Assembly: GCA_045837725.1 (NCBI GenBank)
Contig: JBEWZL010000044.1
Span: 372,001-436,000, forward strand
Origin: Vermamoeba vermiformis
Taxonomy: Eukaryota
Direction of reading: 5' to 3'
DNA length: 64,000 nucleotides
The notes beneath the pieces are model-generated. The model was not told where the DNA came from and ran no database searches. It was given only the letters and a program-made list of their open reading frames with translations. Both the position numbers and the translations under genes were made by a program. Below, one piece after another: positions 1 to 13,100 of the stretch. Positions within the stretch are counted from its first letter, which is position 1, and each line of letters begins with the position of its first letter.

Positions 1-330
1 TATACTGACACTTTCTATCGACTTACTTGGATCCTCTATTGAATTAAATTGACAAGTTCGATAAACAACATGAAGATTACGACGACAATAATCACACTTT
101 CACGATGAATACTAGTCGAGTATTGTCGTGTCAATACACTACTAATGTCGTTATCAATACTGGTGCGTTGATTGTTCGCGCTAACAAACAGATTCACACT
201 TGTGCATTGAGAATTAAATAACTCCTGTTTGAACGAACACACGTCACTTGAGACTAGTGATTAACAAATACACTAGCTCTAACTAGTTACTATTGTCAGC
301 AGCGCCACTAATCAGCTACAACAGCGCTAG

Positions 331-3300
331 ATGGCAAATATTAAAACTGTGACGCGGCTGCCATCTGCTGCCCAGCTGCTCGATAGCACTCGTCGTACGT
401 ATTGGCGGCATATATAATAAATGCAGTATATTAATCGACGAATTAGCCGTGTTCGTGTGGGGCGACAGCGAGTTCGGCAAGCTCGGATACGGCCAAGAAG
501 CTCCGTGCAAAGTGCCGGAGAAATTGAAGACTATTCGCGGCGATAAAGTCATATATATCGTGTGTGGAGCTCATAATACGGCATTTATTGGAGGTACGCA
601 CAAAGTATAATTATTTTAAATTGAATTTTATTTAAAAAAATTACTGCAATTACCTGACACTTGCGATCATAATATTGCATTAATTTCAATATGTACGGGC
701 GTTATATAATTAATAAAATAACGCGCAAATTGACGGTCAGTTACTAACGCATCTGAATTCTACCAACAGAATCTGGTGCGATATATATTGCAGGACGAGG
801 CAAATCAATGCACCGTCAAGAATCGAGTGTGTTGGGCTTGGATGTGCTCGATCCTTTCATCGCCAGTCCCAAAAAATTAGCGTTCAACTTTCCAAATAAG
901 GTAAGTGCGATCACGTGCCACACGCAACTCTACTCACCGCTGTTGCAGATCAAACAAATACAGCTGGGCAACTACCACGCGATGGCCCTGACCACTCAGG
1001 GCGAAGTGTTCACGTGGGGCTGGGGCGAGCAAGGACAGCTCGGCCACGGCGACGACAGCAATCAGCCGCTGCCCAAATTAGTCGAAACTCTGCGCGAGGT
1101 GCTGTACATCGGTGCTGGCACGCAGTTCTCGATGGCACTGACCTACTACGGCGAACTGTACGCGTGGGGCCACAACGACATGGGGCAGCTGGGCATCGGC
1201 AACACCACCATGCAGAAGTCACCCGTGCGCGTCAAGAAGGTGCAGAATGTGCTGCACTTTGCTTGCGGTACCTCGCACGCTGTTGCAGTCACGTGGGAGG
1301 GCGCGGGCATGCAGAGTGTGGTGTGGCAGTGGGGACAGCAGAACACGCACGGCAAGGTGAGTACGGCAGCTATTTATAGGCGCATCACTCATCACGTGAC
1401 AGGTGCAAACACTGCCGCTCGAAGTGAATGAACTCACCAACAAGGGCATTCATCGCGTGGCATGTGGCGAGTGGCACACCCTGGCACTCAGTCTCTCTGG
1501 CGAGGTCTACACGTGGACACTCGGTCAGACCGCGACACGTGTCAAAGATCTGAGTGGCGTGTGCGTGAAACAAGTGGCATGTGGCTCCCATCACTCGCTC
1601 GCACTCGACGATCACGGTGTGGTCTGGTCGTGGGGCAGCAGAAATCACTCGGGACAGCTCGGCAGACTCACGGCTCCCTCTTCATCTTCCGCGCAGTCCA
1701 CCGCCAGTCCTGGTACTATGCGCAGTGCTCCTCCCACTGGCGGGGTAGATCCGAATGTTGCAGATCTGATTGCAGATCTACTCACCGTACCAGGGCCGAA
1801 TGAAGAGACGAAGCCCACACTGAGTGCCTCCAGCGAGAACAAGCCCCTCCCCCTGCTGCCCATCAGTTCAGTCAGTTGCGGCGCCTATCACTCGGTGGCA
1901 CTCTCCGAGTCCGACCCGTTCAAACTCGCGCAGTACCGTCTGTTGCGCATTGAACGCAGCTACGCGCTCAAGATGCAGGTGGTGGTCGAGCAGTACATGC
2001 CCGCACTGTTGCAGCTCGATTGGGCCAGCTTTGATGCACTGCCCGCACACGCGCGCTCACGCCGTTCAGTGCCCAGTCCGCTGTCCCCACGCCGCGAGTT
2101 GTTGGTGGAGGACGGTGCCTCGCTGTGTCGCTCCATGTTTGGCAACATTGTGCAAGTGCACGAGCTGAATCAGCGCGTGTTGAAAGACATCCACAGCGTG
2201 ATTGAGGGGTGGGACAATGTGGGCAGTGTGGGACAGATCTTTGTGAATCACCTCAAGGGATTCAGCATCTATCTCGCCTATGCGGACAATTACAACACGG
2301 CTGCCACCAACTTGCACGTGCTCGTCAATTCGTCCGATCTCTTCGCACAGACACTCAAGGTAAGGACTTGCTGTCACCTGCGACACTGTGACTGACACGT
2401 GTCATTTGCACACCTTCAGAAAAAACAAGAAGAAGTGAACAGCCTCTATCAACGCCGCGACAATCGCATTCGACCGCGCAACTTGACCCTCAAGAACTTG
2501 CTCATTGAGCCCATCAAACAGATTGCGCGCTACGTCAAAGTGCTGCGCGTGCTCTACATGTCGTGTCCTAGCGCTGAAGCTGATCGCGCCAATCTCAACT
2601 ACGCGCTTGCACGCACGTACGGCTTGTTGGAGCGCGTGTGCAAGAACTTCTCACTCGTGGAGCCCATTGAAATTCTCAAGTGCAGCTTGGACGACTACGG
2701 TCACCCGCAGATTGGTGGTGGCACGGTGGAGCTGTTGATTGAACGTCTGACACATCACGCGTTCATCGATCTCGAGTTCAGCAATGCGTTCTTGCTCACT
2801 TATCGCGCATTTGTCAAGCCAGTCAAATTCTTGGAACTGCTGATTCGTCGCTACAATGCACCGCTACCACCAGGTGTCAATGCGCAACAATACACGAGCG
2901 AGGTGTTGAAGCCCGTGCGGCAGCAAGTGATTCGTGTGCTGAAGAACTGGCTGGACAGCAAGCTCTCGAGCTACGACTTTGAGGACAAGCAGAGTGAACT
3001 CGTGCTCAAAGTGCTCGAATTCGCTGAACAAGTGCTGGCACGTGATGAGGAGTACAAGCGACACGCAGAGCAGATCAAGACCTCGCTCAAGGGTGGCATG
3101 AAGGTGCTGCAGCTCGGTGGAGGTCGCACGTCCTCTGCGAGCATCAGTGCGGGCAGTCCTCCGACCTCGCCGTCGAGCATCAAGAGCACGGACACGCTCA
3201 AAGACAAGAGCAAGAAGTCTGCGGCACGACTGTCAGTGGGCAGCAAGGGCAAGAATGACTCGCTGCGCCAGGGACTCGTGCAGCCTGAAGCAGCCATGCT

Positions 3301-4178
3301 CGAGGACCTCACTGCTGCCTCTGCGGCCCTCGAAATCGCGCTGGAAGACCACGAGATCTACCGCAAGATCTTGCCGCGCGAATTGATTCAAAAGGCCTGG
3401 ACTCGCGAGAATGCCAAAGATCTTGCGCCGAATGTGACACTGCTGTCCTCGCGCTTTAATATGGTAAGTGCACTAGTGCAACGCAGGGACGTGTCACTCA
3501 CGCAATCTGATGACAGCTGGGTCTGTGGGTGGTGTACGAAGTGACGCGTCACGAGAACATCAAAGACCGCGCGAGTTCCCTGGCCTCCATCATCGACATT
3601 GGCGAGGAGTTGTTGGCGCTCAAAGACTACAGCTCCGTGCTCGCTATTGCCAGTGGACTCAACAATGCCTCGCTCACCCGCCTCAAGAAGACATTCGCTG
3701 TACGTACAAGCAGTGCTTATTTACCGTGCTCGACTGACTGACTGTGCGCGCAGAAACTGAGCGAGAAGTCGTTGGAGAGTTTGGAGCGGTTGAATCACCT
3801 CGCGAGTGGTGAGGGCAATTACAAGCTACTGCGCAACATGGTCACGAATGCTGAGCCCCCTGTGGTGCCTTGCATCGGTGAGTACTCTCTGTGCATATAC
3901 GAATGAATCACATGACTGATTGGAGAGCGGCAGTGTTCACCCTCAAGGACTTGACCTTCATCGAGGACGGCAATCCAGATCAGCTCGAAGGCGTGGGCAT
4001 CAACTTCTACAAGTGGCGTCTAGTCTCGGATGTGATACAAGAGGCACTGCAATATCAGAACATCCCCTATCCCTATCCTTCAGACACTGTCATTCGCGCC
4101 TATCTCGGCACACACATCGCCAAGGCAGTGCAGCTCGGTGAAGATGGCCTGTACAAGCAGTCCAAGAAAGTGGAATAG
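331..4178 (+). CDS. Multi-exon RCC1-repeat + RhoGEF (DH) + REM + RasGEF (CDC25) protein
   Basis: RCC1 repeats (VFVWGDSEFGKLG, GEVFTWGWGEQGQLGHG, GELYAWGHNDMGQLG). DH motifs (LLRIERSYALKM; LKNLLIEPIKQIARY). REM (GGTVELLIERLT..FLLTYRAF). CDC25 motifs (YSSVLAIASGLN, PPVVPCIG, LKDLTFIEDGNPD, INFYKW). ATG at 331 inferred from an upstream exon joined by a GT..AG intron; stop TAG at 4176-4178. Confidence 0.9.
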
Positions 4179-4383
4179 GACTGAATATGTAATAACCTTA
4201 ACAATGTACATTAAATACCTTGTATTCGAATCACTCCACTCACTCAGAGTCGTGTCATACAGCCAGTACACTTTCGATGAAATTTCGAGCCACATGAAAA
4301 ATCTGCGGGTGAGTGACACCAATTAATTTTATTATTGCTCAACCATGCCCAGAGGTGTTGAACAGAATTGGACATAATTAAAC

Positions 4384-6999
4384 ATGGAGCCCGAAGCAGA
4401 GCAGCCAGAAATTGTCGACGAGGAAGTCGATGAGTTAACAAGCTCACGAAGACGTCGCAAGCTGAAGTCAAAGCAAAGCAAAGTGATTAAAAGCAACAGA
4501 CCTATCAAACCACCACCCTCTTTCACTCAATTTGAGTTTACCGAGCGACAATTCAAGGTACTATTTAATTGTGAATTTTAACGTTGATTATTTAGTTTGT
4601 TGGATCTAACCATTTGTTATCTTCTACGTTTATTAAAATTAAAAAATAGGAAGGATTTGATCCGAAAGATTTTGTTGAAGCGTTATCACGCAAACTCGTG
4701 TACGACACGACAAGTGCAGAAAAGAGTGACGGTAAGCGGTATAATTTCGTTAGGATAGCAATCTCACCTATATGTGAATATATAGATCAATTATTTGACC
4801 CTGAACCATTTCTGGACGCATTTGAAAAGAGCAGTCTGTCGTTGCAAGATCTACGCACAAAAGTCGATAAACACATTGCTCATCTCGTCAAAGAATGCGC
4901 AGACACAGAGCGCGAGTTCAAGAGCAGATTGGGCGAGCTGAATCAATCGTTTGAGAAGAGCATGAATTCATTCAAAGATCTTGACACGCGCATCAATCGG
5001 ATCAGCAACATGGCAGTGCGCATAGGTGGCAGTTTAGAGGGTGTAGATCAACAACGTACGCGCGGCATTGAAGTGCGTGAGATGTTGCAGATGATAATCG
5101 AGATGAATGAAGCACAAGGCAGACCTTCAAAGTTCTCTGAACTCGATCGGCTCGACGAAGATACGGTGGTGATCGTTAAAAAGCTCGGACAAATCGCCAG
5201 TGAACTCGATATGAAGCAAACTGAAAGCGCCAAGACGACTATTGAGAAGTTGAACGAAGATCTCGAACGACATCTGCTCAACAAGTTCAGCACAGCCATG
5301 GCAGACAAGAAGCGCAAGGTGATGAAAGACAGTGCGCGCTTATTGCACGCATTCAATGGCGGCGAGTCGTGCATTACCGCGTATCTAGCGCAGTTGAGTG
5401 TGTTTCAGTCGGTGGATTGGGGCACTATTGAAGCGGAGGGCGCATCCGCTCCTGCTCCACGAGGCTACACGGAATACTGTGAGCGCATGGGCAAGGTACA
5501 CTCTAGACTACTGTCGCGCAGTACTAATCGTTCGAACAGTTCTTCGCGGAGTTGCAGCGTGCCTGTCGCGACGAGATTGAGACGGTGATTCCGTACGTCT
5601 TTCCGCAGCCCGATGTGGTGATGCATCGCCTCGTGATGCGCGTGTTCGAGCAGAAGGTGCAGATATACATCGATGGCATGCTGTCAGAGCCCAACATGGA
5701 TCCTCATCTGCGTCTCTTGCTGCTGACCGAGTCCTCCAAGCGCGCTACACAGCTCGGCGAGGCACTGAACAAGATGATTGGCCACGGACTCGACGTCGAC
5801 TACATCACGGACTCGCTCTTCGCTAATTACCGCGCAGACTACATTGTGCGCGAGATGCAGGCCATGACGAATCAGTTCCACGACTGGACGACCAATCAGA
5901 GCAAGCCAGTCTCGCCCGGCAGTCGCACGCTGGAGCCAGACATCTCCATTCTGAGCGGCGATGCCACACTGCCCTTCTTTGAGCGCTCAGACGAGGCCGT
6001 AGAGCGCTGTCTCATGCTCTCACCGCTCGACGAACTGCCCGTGAATATGTTCAAGATCTATCAGACCCTCGTCAACGAGTTCGCGGTCAAGTTCATCTAT
6101 CAGGCACTCGATGGCTCCATACGACGCTTGCCCAGCACTGAAGTCAAACTGGCGCCCTCCAGCGACGAGTTCTTTGCCTGTGTGCGCATCGTGAACACCG
6201 TCATAGTGCAGATGCACAAGTTCTTCTACGAGAAGATTGTACGTACTGAGCGGTGATTGAGACTACATAGATAGATAGACTGTACAGACCACTGACCTCT
6301 AGCACTAGCGACCGCACTTGGAGTCCTCGCGCAATCAGTACACCATCGGCATGGGCGAGAAGAACAAGATGACGCAGCTGTTCGAAGACAAGATCGTGGA
6401 GGGCCTCAACAAGCTGCTGCTCGTGATCACGGGCTGGATTGAGCGCGTGTTCCTCAAGACACAACGCAAGCGCGACTTCAAGCCCAAGCAAGAGACCTTC
6501 GATCTGAGTCAGTCCTCCAAGGCCTGTCAAGAGGTCTGCGCATTTATTCGCCGTCAACATGCTGCAATTATTGCCAGTCTCGATGGACTCAATGCTGAGA
6601 CCTATTTAATCGAGCTAGGCAATCGCGTGCTCAAGTGCGTCCAGATCCGATCTGCTTGCAACTGGTGACTAATTGAGCGAGTTTAGGACACTGTTAAAGC
6701 ACGTCAAGAAGTTCACTATCGCTCATGGTGAAGGAGGTCTCGCACTGATGCGTGACATGCGCGAGTACTGCGATCTGATCGCAAAGTTCAACATTCCAAC
6801 CCTCAACACCAACTTCCAGATACTCGAGGCTATTGCTAAATTACATCTATTGGCTCCAGAACAGTTGCCCAACTTAATTCAAGAAACTGGACTGAAGAGC
6901 ATGTCAGATCAAGACATTTATGACTTTGTGCGTCATAGATCCGATTTCAATCCGAACTGGATTGGCAAGTGGATTAACAAACCTCCAAAGGCTGTATAA
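4384..6999 (+). CDS. EXOC5: Exocyst complex component 5 (Sec10), multi-exon
   Basis: FDPKDFVEAL and FDPEPFLDAFE, then a coiled coil (SFKDLDTRINRISNMAVRIGGSLE), LHAFNGGESCITAY, KTQRKRDFKP, LDGLNAETYLIELG, GGLALMRDMREY, DFVRHRSDF. All are typical Sec10 motifs. Confidence 0.92.
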
Positions 7000-7131
7000 T
7001 AACGGCACCTTATTTATTAAATGCTTGTAAATAAACACCGAGTCCTGTAATTAATCATTCGATTTTATGTTCGTATTGTACAAGTTACTATAAGACATGA
7101 GTGGTACTGCCATGATGCAGTACAGTGCACA

Positions 7132-10100
7132 TTACTGGGTCTCACACGAGGCAGGTGCATCGTCATTGAGTCCCTCGTCGTCGCTGAAGGGTCCCTCTTC
7201 CGTCTGTCCACTCTCCTCCGTCGCGCTGTGCACTGTGTTGGCAGCACGTTGGCGCATGGTCACGGTGAAGTCGGTGTCAATCTCGCGACACGTGGTGATG
7301 GCGTAGAGCAGCTTGGCACGCATCACATCGTACGAGGAGTAGACGGGCAGTGACAGCGAGAAGAAGCAGGTCTGTGCCTCGGGCAAGTAGCTGTCGTTCT
7401 CACTGATCGCACTCGGGCGTGGCGAGACTGTCGTGTCGCGCGGACTGGCTGCACGTGTGTCGGTGCGGGACTGCGCAGTTTTCATGAACGGCTGAATGGT
7501 GAAGAAGATGTTCTTGAACTCGGTGGCGTGTGGCAGACGTGATCGACCCCACACAAATCGCAGCAACAAGCCGCGCTCTTCTTCGTTCATGGACTCCAAC
7601 ACGCGCCAGAAGTCTGTCACGTGACGATCTGAGGCCTGTACACCACCTGTGTAGCGCGTGTGTTTCTAAAAATAGGTTAGACTGGCTCATTACTAAATTA
7701 GGCAAGTGACGTACTTTGAGCAGTTCAATGTCCACTCCTGGACGACCACAAATCTTCAACTCCAATTCTTTCCAGGTGAACAGTGCCAGCATGTGCGTCG
7801 GAACAATAGATCTCAGACCTCGCTGAATGGCGTCGATCTGTTGCTTGAATTCTTTGAGGCGATATTGCTCCACCAGGGCCGTGAATTCCTTCCTGTTTTT
7901 CCACCTAAAAATAGCCGCAATTAGCGTCATATCACAAAGTGCGGTTACAAACGTACTCGACGGCAACGTTCTTGCCACCAGGCTTCAATTCGACCACACG
8001 ACCGTCACTGGTCTTGACAGTAAATGTCTCGAAGATGTAATCGCGGAAATTTCCGCTGGTGAGTCCTTTGCTCGAATAGCCCTGAATGGTCTCCAAGTAC
8101 TGGCACAGACTCTTGTCAATCATTTCCAGATCTGATCGATCGGGTTTGATACCGAGCAGAGATTTCCAAATTAGGGAAGGGAAGTCCAAATCGATGACTG
8201 CGTTCTTGGTCCGCAGCGCAATGCCCATAAGCTTGCCGAGGAATTCAAACATTTGCAGCTCTTTCAAGCTGTGCGCGGCAGGGTTCGGAATGAACTTGTC
8301 TTGATTGTCGCCCACCCCGCTGTAGTAGTTCGGACAGCGAATCAACAGATTGAACGGCGGACGTTTGATCGCTGTGTCCGCGCTATTGTTAGCTGTGCTG
8401 TCAGTGCCAGGTGCCGGCACGAGATCAGCGCAGGTCAGAGTGATGGACTCGCGGTACGGTCCCCCTGCGTCATCAGCACCCTCGTTCTCAAAGCGCACTT
8501 CCCAGGCACGATCGTTCTGTCGCAAGCGCGCTGGATCTACGCCGCGCAGTGTGCGGAATAACTGCAAGAAGACGCAGTTGTCCAATCGATCGGTGTTGGC
8601 GAGCTGTCGGTCGAGTGCAATGGCTGGGCGCTTGAGATTGGACTGCGTGGCAATCAAGTGCTCGTTGAGCAGATCGAGCTTGGTGTCGTGGAAGATGAGC
8701 GGCTTGAGCGACAGTGTCAGCAGTGCAAAGGAGCCCTTGTCAAAGTCACTGTCCCCTGCTGGGTCCAAGTCATTGCGCGGATGCAAAGTCACGTGACTGA
8801 AGTCCAGCAGTGGCACTAGACCGCGCAGCTTGTGATTGAAGTGCCGCAACAGCTGTACACGGCGCGCTAACTGATTTGATGTCAGAGTGGCAATGCTCGG
8901 GTAGTTTTTCCGCTGCAGATTGTTCTGCATGGCGAATTCAGCGAATATTTCCGCGAGTGGCAATTCGTCAGTGCGCACTTTGAGTCGTTCACACTGCGCA
9001 TTGACAAACTGCACGAGTTCAGCGTCCATCAACAGGGTCCACTCGGTGCTGCTGGCATCGAGATCATCTACCAGGGCCAGTTGTTGCGTGGTCAGGGTCT
9101 GACCCGCACTGACAGCGCGCTTCTCCTCGCCAAACACAGGTGTCACGGTGAATCTGAAGCCCCAGTGCGTCACTTCCACCGCTGCATCGCTCAAGAAGGA
9201 CCAGATGAAGCTGTCGCCGGGGAAGACGAGTTCTTCAGTCGGGAACTGGCCCGTGAAGAAGCCGAGGTCATCACCGCCCACCACGTGCTTGGAGAACATG
9301 AGGTAGTCGCAGTTGACTTCTGTGCGACTGCGCGGATCAAACGATACAATCAACTGCCGCGCATTGGGTATGGCCACGGTGTTGGTGACGCGCACACCTC
9401 GCGGATAGGGATGCGGACTCTGCTCGACGATGATCTGCTTGTTGGCCTCGGAGATGGCCTCTTTGCACATCTCTGCGGGGAAGTCCTCGCCCTTGCTGAG
9501 CCGTTCAATGCACAGCACCGTGTTGACGGCCGAGTAGAACCAGCTGATGTCCACTTTGATCTTCTTCTTCTTGCGCTTCTTGCGCTTGCTGTTGTCCTTG
9601 CTGGCACTCTGCGCGGTGGAGGTGTGTTCGAAGCTCTCAGTGCGCGTGGCTTTCTTCTTGTCTTCTTTCTCGCGCTTCTTCTCGCCGCTGTCAGTGGTCG
9701 TGGTGCTCACTTGACTGCGCTCACTGCTCTCCAGCGACTCGTCTGGCTCTTCAGAACTCATGCGCTTGCTGCGGTCTTTGCGGCGCGGTGGAGGGGGAGC
9801 ACGTGTCTCTTTCTCGGTCTCGCTCACTGAATTGCGCCGCGGCTTCTTGGTGCGCGGATCTTTGTCCACGACTTCAATCTCCGCGGTGGTGATGGCCGTG
9901 GTAAGATCGATCCACGCGTCATTGGGCGTGGTTAATTTGTGCATTTGAATGATCAGCTCAAACAAGCGCTGGCAATACAGCGAGTGTTCGCCACCAATCT
10001 TCTTTTCGAGATCGTGCAGTTCAAACAGCTCAGATTTGAGCGGCTCTAACTTGTTCAGATTGGGCTTGCTGTCTTTGGGGAAGTCGTCCCAGCGCTGCAA

Positions 10101-13100
10101 CAGCTTGCGCAGCACTGTGATGATCTTCAGTCGCCGCTCAAAGGTGCACTTGCCCTGTGAAACAATGGTCAGTGACACGTGTCAAACATGTCAAATCAGC
10201 GAGCGCAATCTACCTCCAAGTGCTGCACGAGCAAGTTGAACACATCTTTGCTGTAGAACTGTTTGATCCAGAACGGATCGATCGTCAAGAACCAGTCCAC
10301 GAGCAGGAAGCCAATGTCAAAGCTAGGCTTGTTCAACAGCTGCGTGTCACTCAAGTGTTGTCGCAGTGGTGTCACGTGGAATTTGACACCAGTCTCTTGG
10401 CCGAGATCGCCCTCGTCGTTGATGTCGAGTGTGAACCAGAACCGATTGCTGTCAATCACTGTGGGCGGGAAACAACACGCGCCCTTGCCCGTGTACGAGT
10501 TGATCAGATCCGTGCACGCTACATTTCTTGACGCAACAGTGTCAGTACGAGTAGTTCGTATACACAAGCGCTGTTGAAATACCTGTAGAATCGCAGCACA
10601 TTGAGGCCCGGCTTGAGACTGGAGTGCGTGTCAAATGTGACGAGCAGCGATTCAGCACCGAGCACGTAGACCATCTTGCGCAGCTTGGAGTGCACCGTGT
10701 CGTAGGGATACCAGTGCTCGATGGTGATGGGCGAGGTGTGCTCTTGACTGATGCTCTCGCGCAGATGGGCGATGCACTCGGTGACGAACACGCTGTCCAC
10801 ACCTGCAGACTTGGAGAGGGGCTTGACCTGCTGCACGGTGAGTATATAGCAGATAGATATATATGAACATTAGCTAGTGTGTTGAGTACATACGGCTTTG
10901 TTCTGCGCAGTAGAGTAGCGCTTGATGAGCGAGGCCCAATCCGCGCGCTCTTCACTGCTACCAGTCTGCAGCACCAGTGTCTTGTGCACGGTGACGAGTG
11001 TGAAGCTGTAGTCGTCGCGGTCCTTGTCTTTGTCCTTGTCCTTCTTCTTCTTCACCTCCACCGTGCCCTCCACCGACACAATCTCCGCGAGATCTACCGC
11101 ACCAACAGGGGTCGTGGCCTGCGGTGACTTGTAGTAGTACAAGTAGCCGTTGTTGAGCGTGAACCAGTACTTCTTCCACTGCTTGAACATCTTGCCTTGT
11201 TTGTTCATGTAGCCTGATTTGGCAACTTGCGGACTTTCCTTTTTAGGCTTTTTGGTCTTGTCCGTGGATGCACTCTGCAGCAGATGCGAGACAGCTTCTT
11301 TCTTGATCAGCGAGGTCAGTTTGTTCTCCAACAGATGCAGCTCTGGCCCAATAGTCCAGCGATACAGCTCGGGTGTCTGGCGGCGTGCACTCGCGAGGTC
11401 CAGTGCGTAGGCGAGTTTGAGCAGACCAATCATCTTCTTGGGTCCACCGAGCGAGGAGATGTTCAGCTTGTTGGCGTGCGGCAGACTGGCCATGAGATTC
11501 ATCAGCGCGTAACGGCTGTACAGTATCGCGAGATCTGACTCGACCAGCAGCGCGAGGGCACGCAGCTCGTAAATAGGACCCTGCAGCAGCTCGTCAAAGT
11601 GCATGAGACAGTGCGTGTAGGTCTGACTGTAGTACGAGTCCAGCATTGGATCGGAATTGCTCCGCTCTCGTCGCTCACTCACTGAATCGCCGCGCGGTCG
11701 ATCACGTGACTCGCTGTGCGGTACGGGCACGTGACGCAGTTCATTGACGCTGTACCACCACTCTTCCACACAGCCCGTGCGACTGTCGACGAGTCTGAGC
11801 AGCACTTCGCGGGGCTGCGGATCGAGTGCTTTGATGACACCCACCAGCCCCACGGTACGGTCCATGGCTCCACCTTGCCACTGACCGCGACCTCTGCGCG
11901 CAGGACCGCTCACCATCACCGCACTGCCCACACTCAGCTCGTGCCAGCGAATGGGACGTGCCATCACGGTGCCATCTTCCTCGAGTTCATCGAGTGAGGC
12001 CCCGACCATGGCACCAATCACGTGCGGAGATTCTTCCGAGATATCGTCCTCAGATTCAGGCACATCGACCACACCCGATCCGACTTCAGATGTGCGCCGC
12101 TCGTTGAGCTCTTCATCGGGCGGAGCAGTGGCAGGCAGATTGATGTTGAGTTTCTTGAGGAACTGCGGTGCTTGTGCTTCGAACAGCCGCTTCATCAGCA
12201 TGATGGACAGCCGTTCAATCTTGAGCAGATGTGGCTGCTCGTCCTTGGAGATCTGCGTGAGCGCGTGATCGATGAGCGGGGTGAGCAGATCGGGCACTTG
12301 ATGCAGCAGATGTTTGATGGCGCGGTCGTTCTGAAACATAATGTGCAGCACTTTGAGCGCACGTGATTTGAAGCGTTGGTAGATGAGCAGCTTCTTCACC
12401 TTGAAGAACGGCGAATTCGCTGAGCGATCTTGCAGGAATATGACCAAACTAGGAAATATCTTGGGTGCAATCTCGAACCAGCTGGGATCGACGGGCACAG
12501 AGGGCAAGGGGCGCAGCGAGCTGATGTTGTGCACCGTGGGCTGAATGGGCTTGGAGCGGCCCTTGATGAACTGCTTGGAGGACTCGAGCAGCACACTGGC
12601 CCACGACTTGTTGGGCTTGAAGTCCACCAGCACACCGACATCTGTCGCGTTGTTGCCCTCGAGCTCCACGCGCACTTTACCGCCCACGCGGAGATCATCG
12701 GTGTCACCTCCGAGCACGGAGATGGATGCAAAGCACGAGATGAGCACGCTGTTCTCGAACTCAGGTGTGAGGGGCGGAGCAGCATTGAGTGCTGGGGGAG
12801 TGATGTTGAAGGACGACAAGAACTGCGGCAAGTGACCGAGGGCGTGGCTGATCATTTGCAGCACCACTGGTCGCCAGTGCGCGGTGGTCAGCAGTCGACG
12901 CAGCAGTGCAGTGACTTCAGAGGCGAGGGCCATGGACTCGTGGCCAATGCGCTCAATCTCTTCTTGCTTCATGCGCTTCTTCACCTTCTTGACCACGGGT
13001 GTGAGATCGTAGCGGAATGGCATTTGACCAAAGTTGACCGCAATCGAGGCACCCTGGGCAGAGAGACCAACAGCGGGGTAGTAGGAGCCATAGACGTTCT

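Noticed and set aside
1-330. Short ORF 36-242 at the window start
   Set aside because: No motifs and truncated context, so it cannot be assigned.
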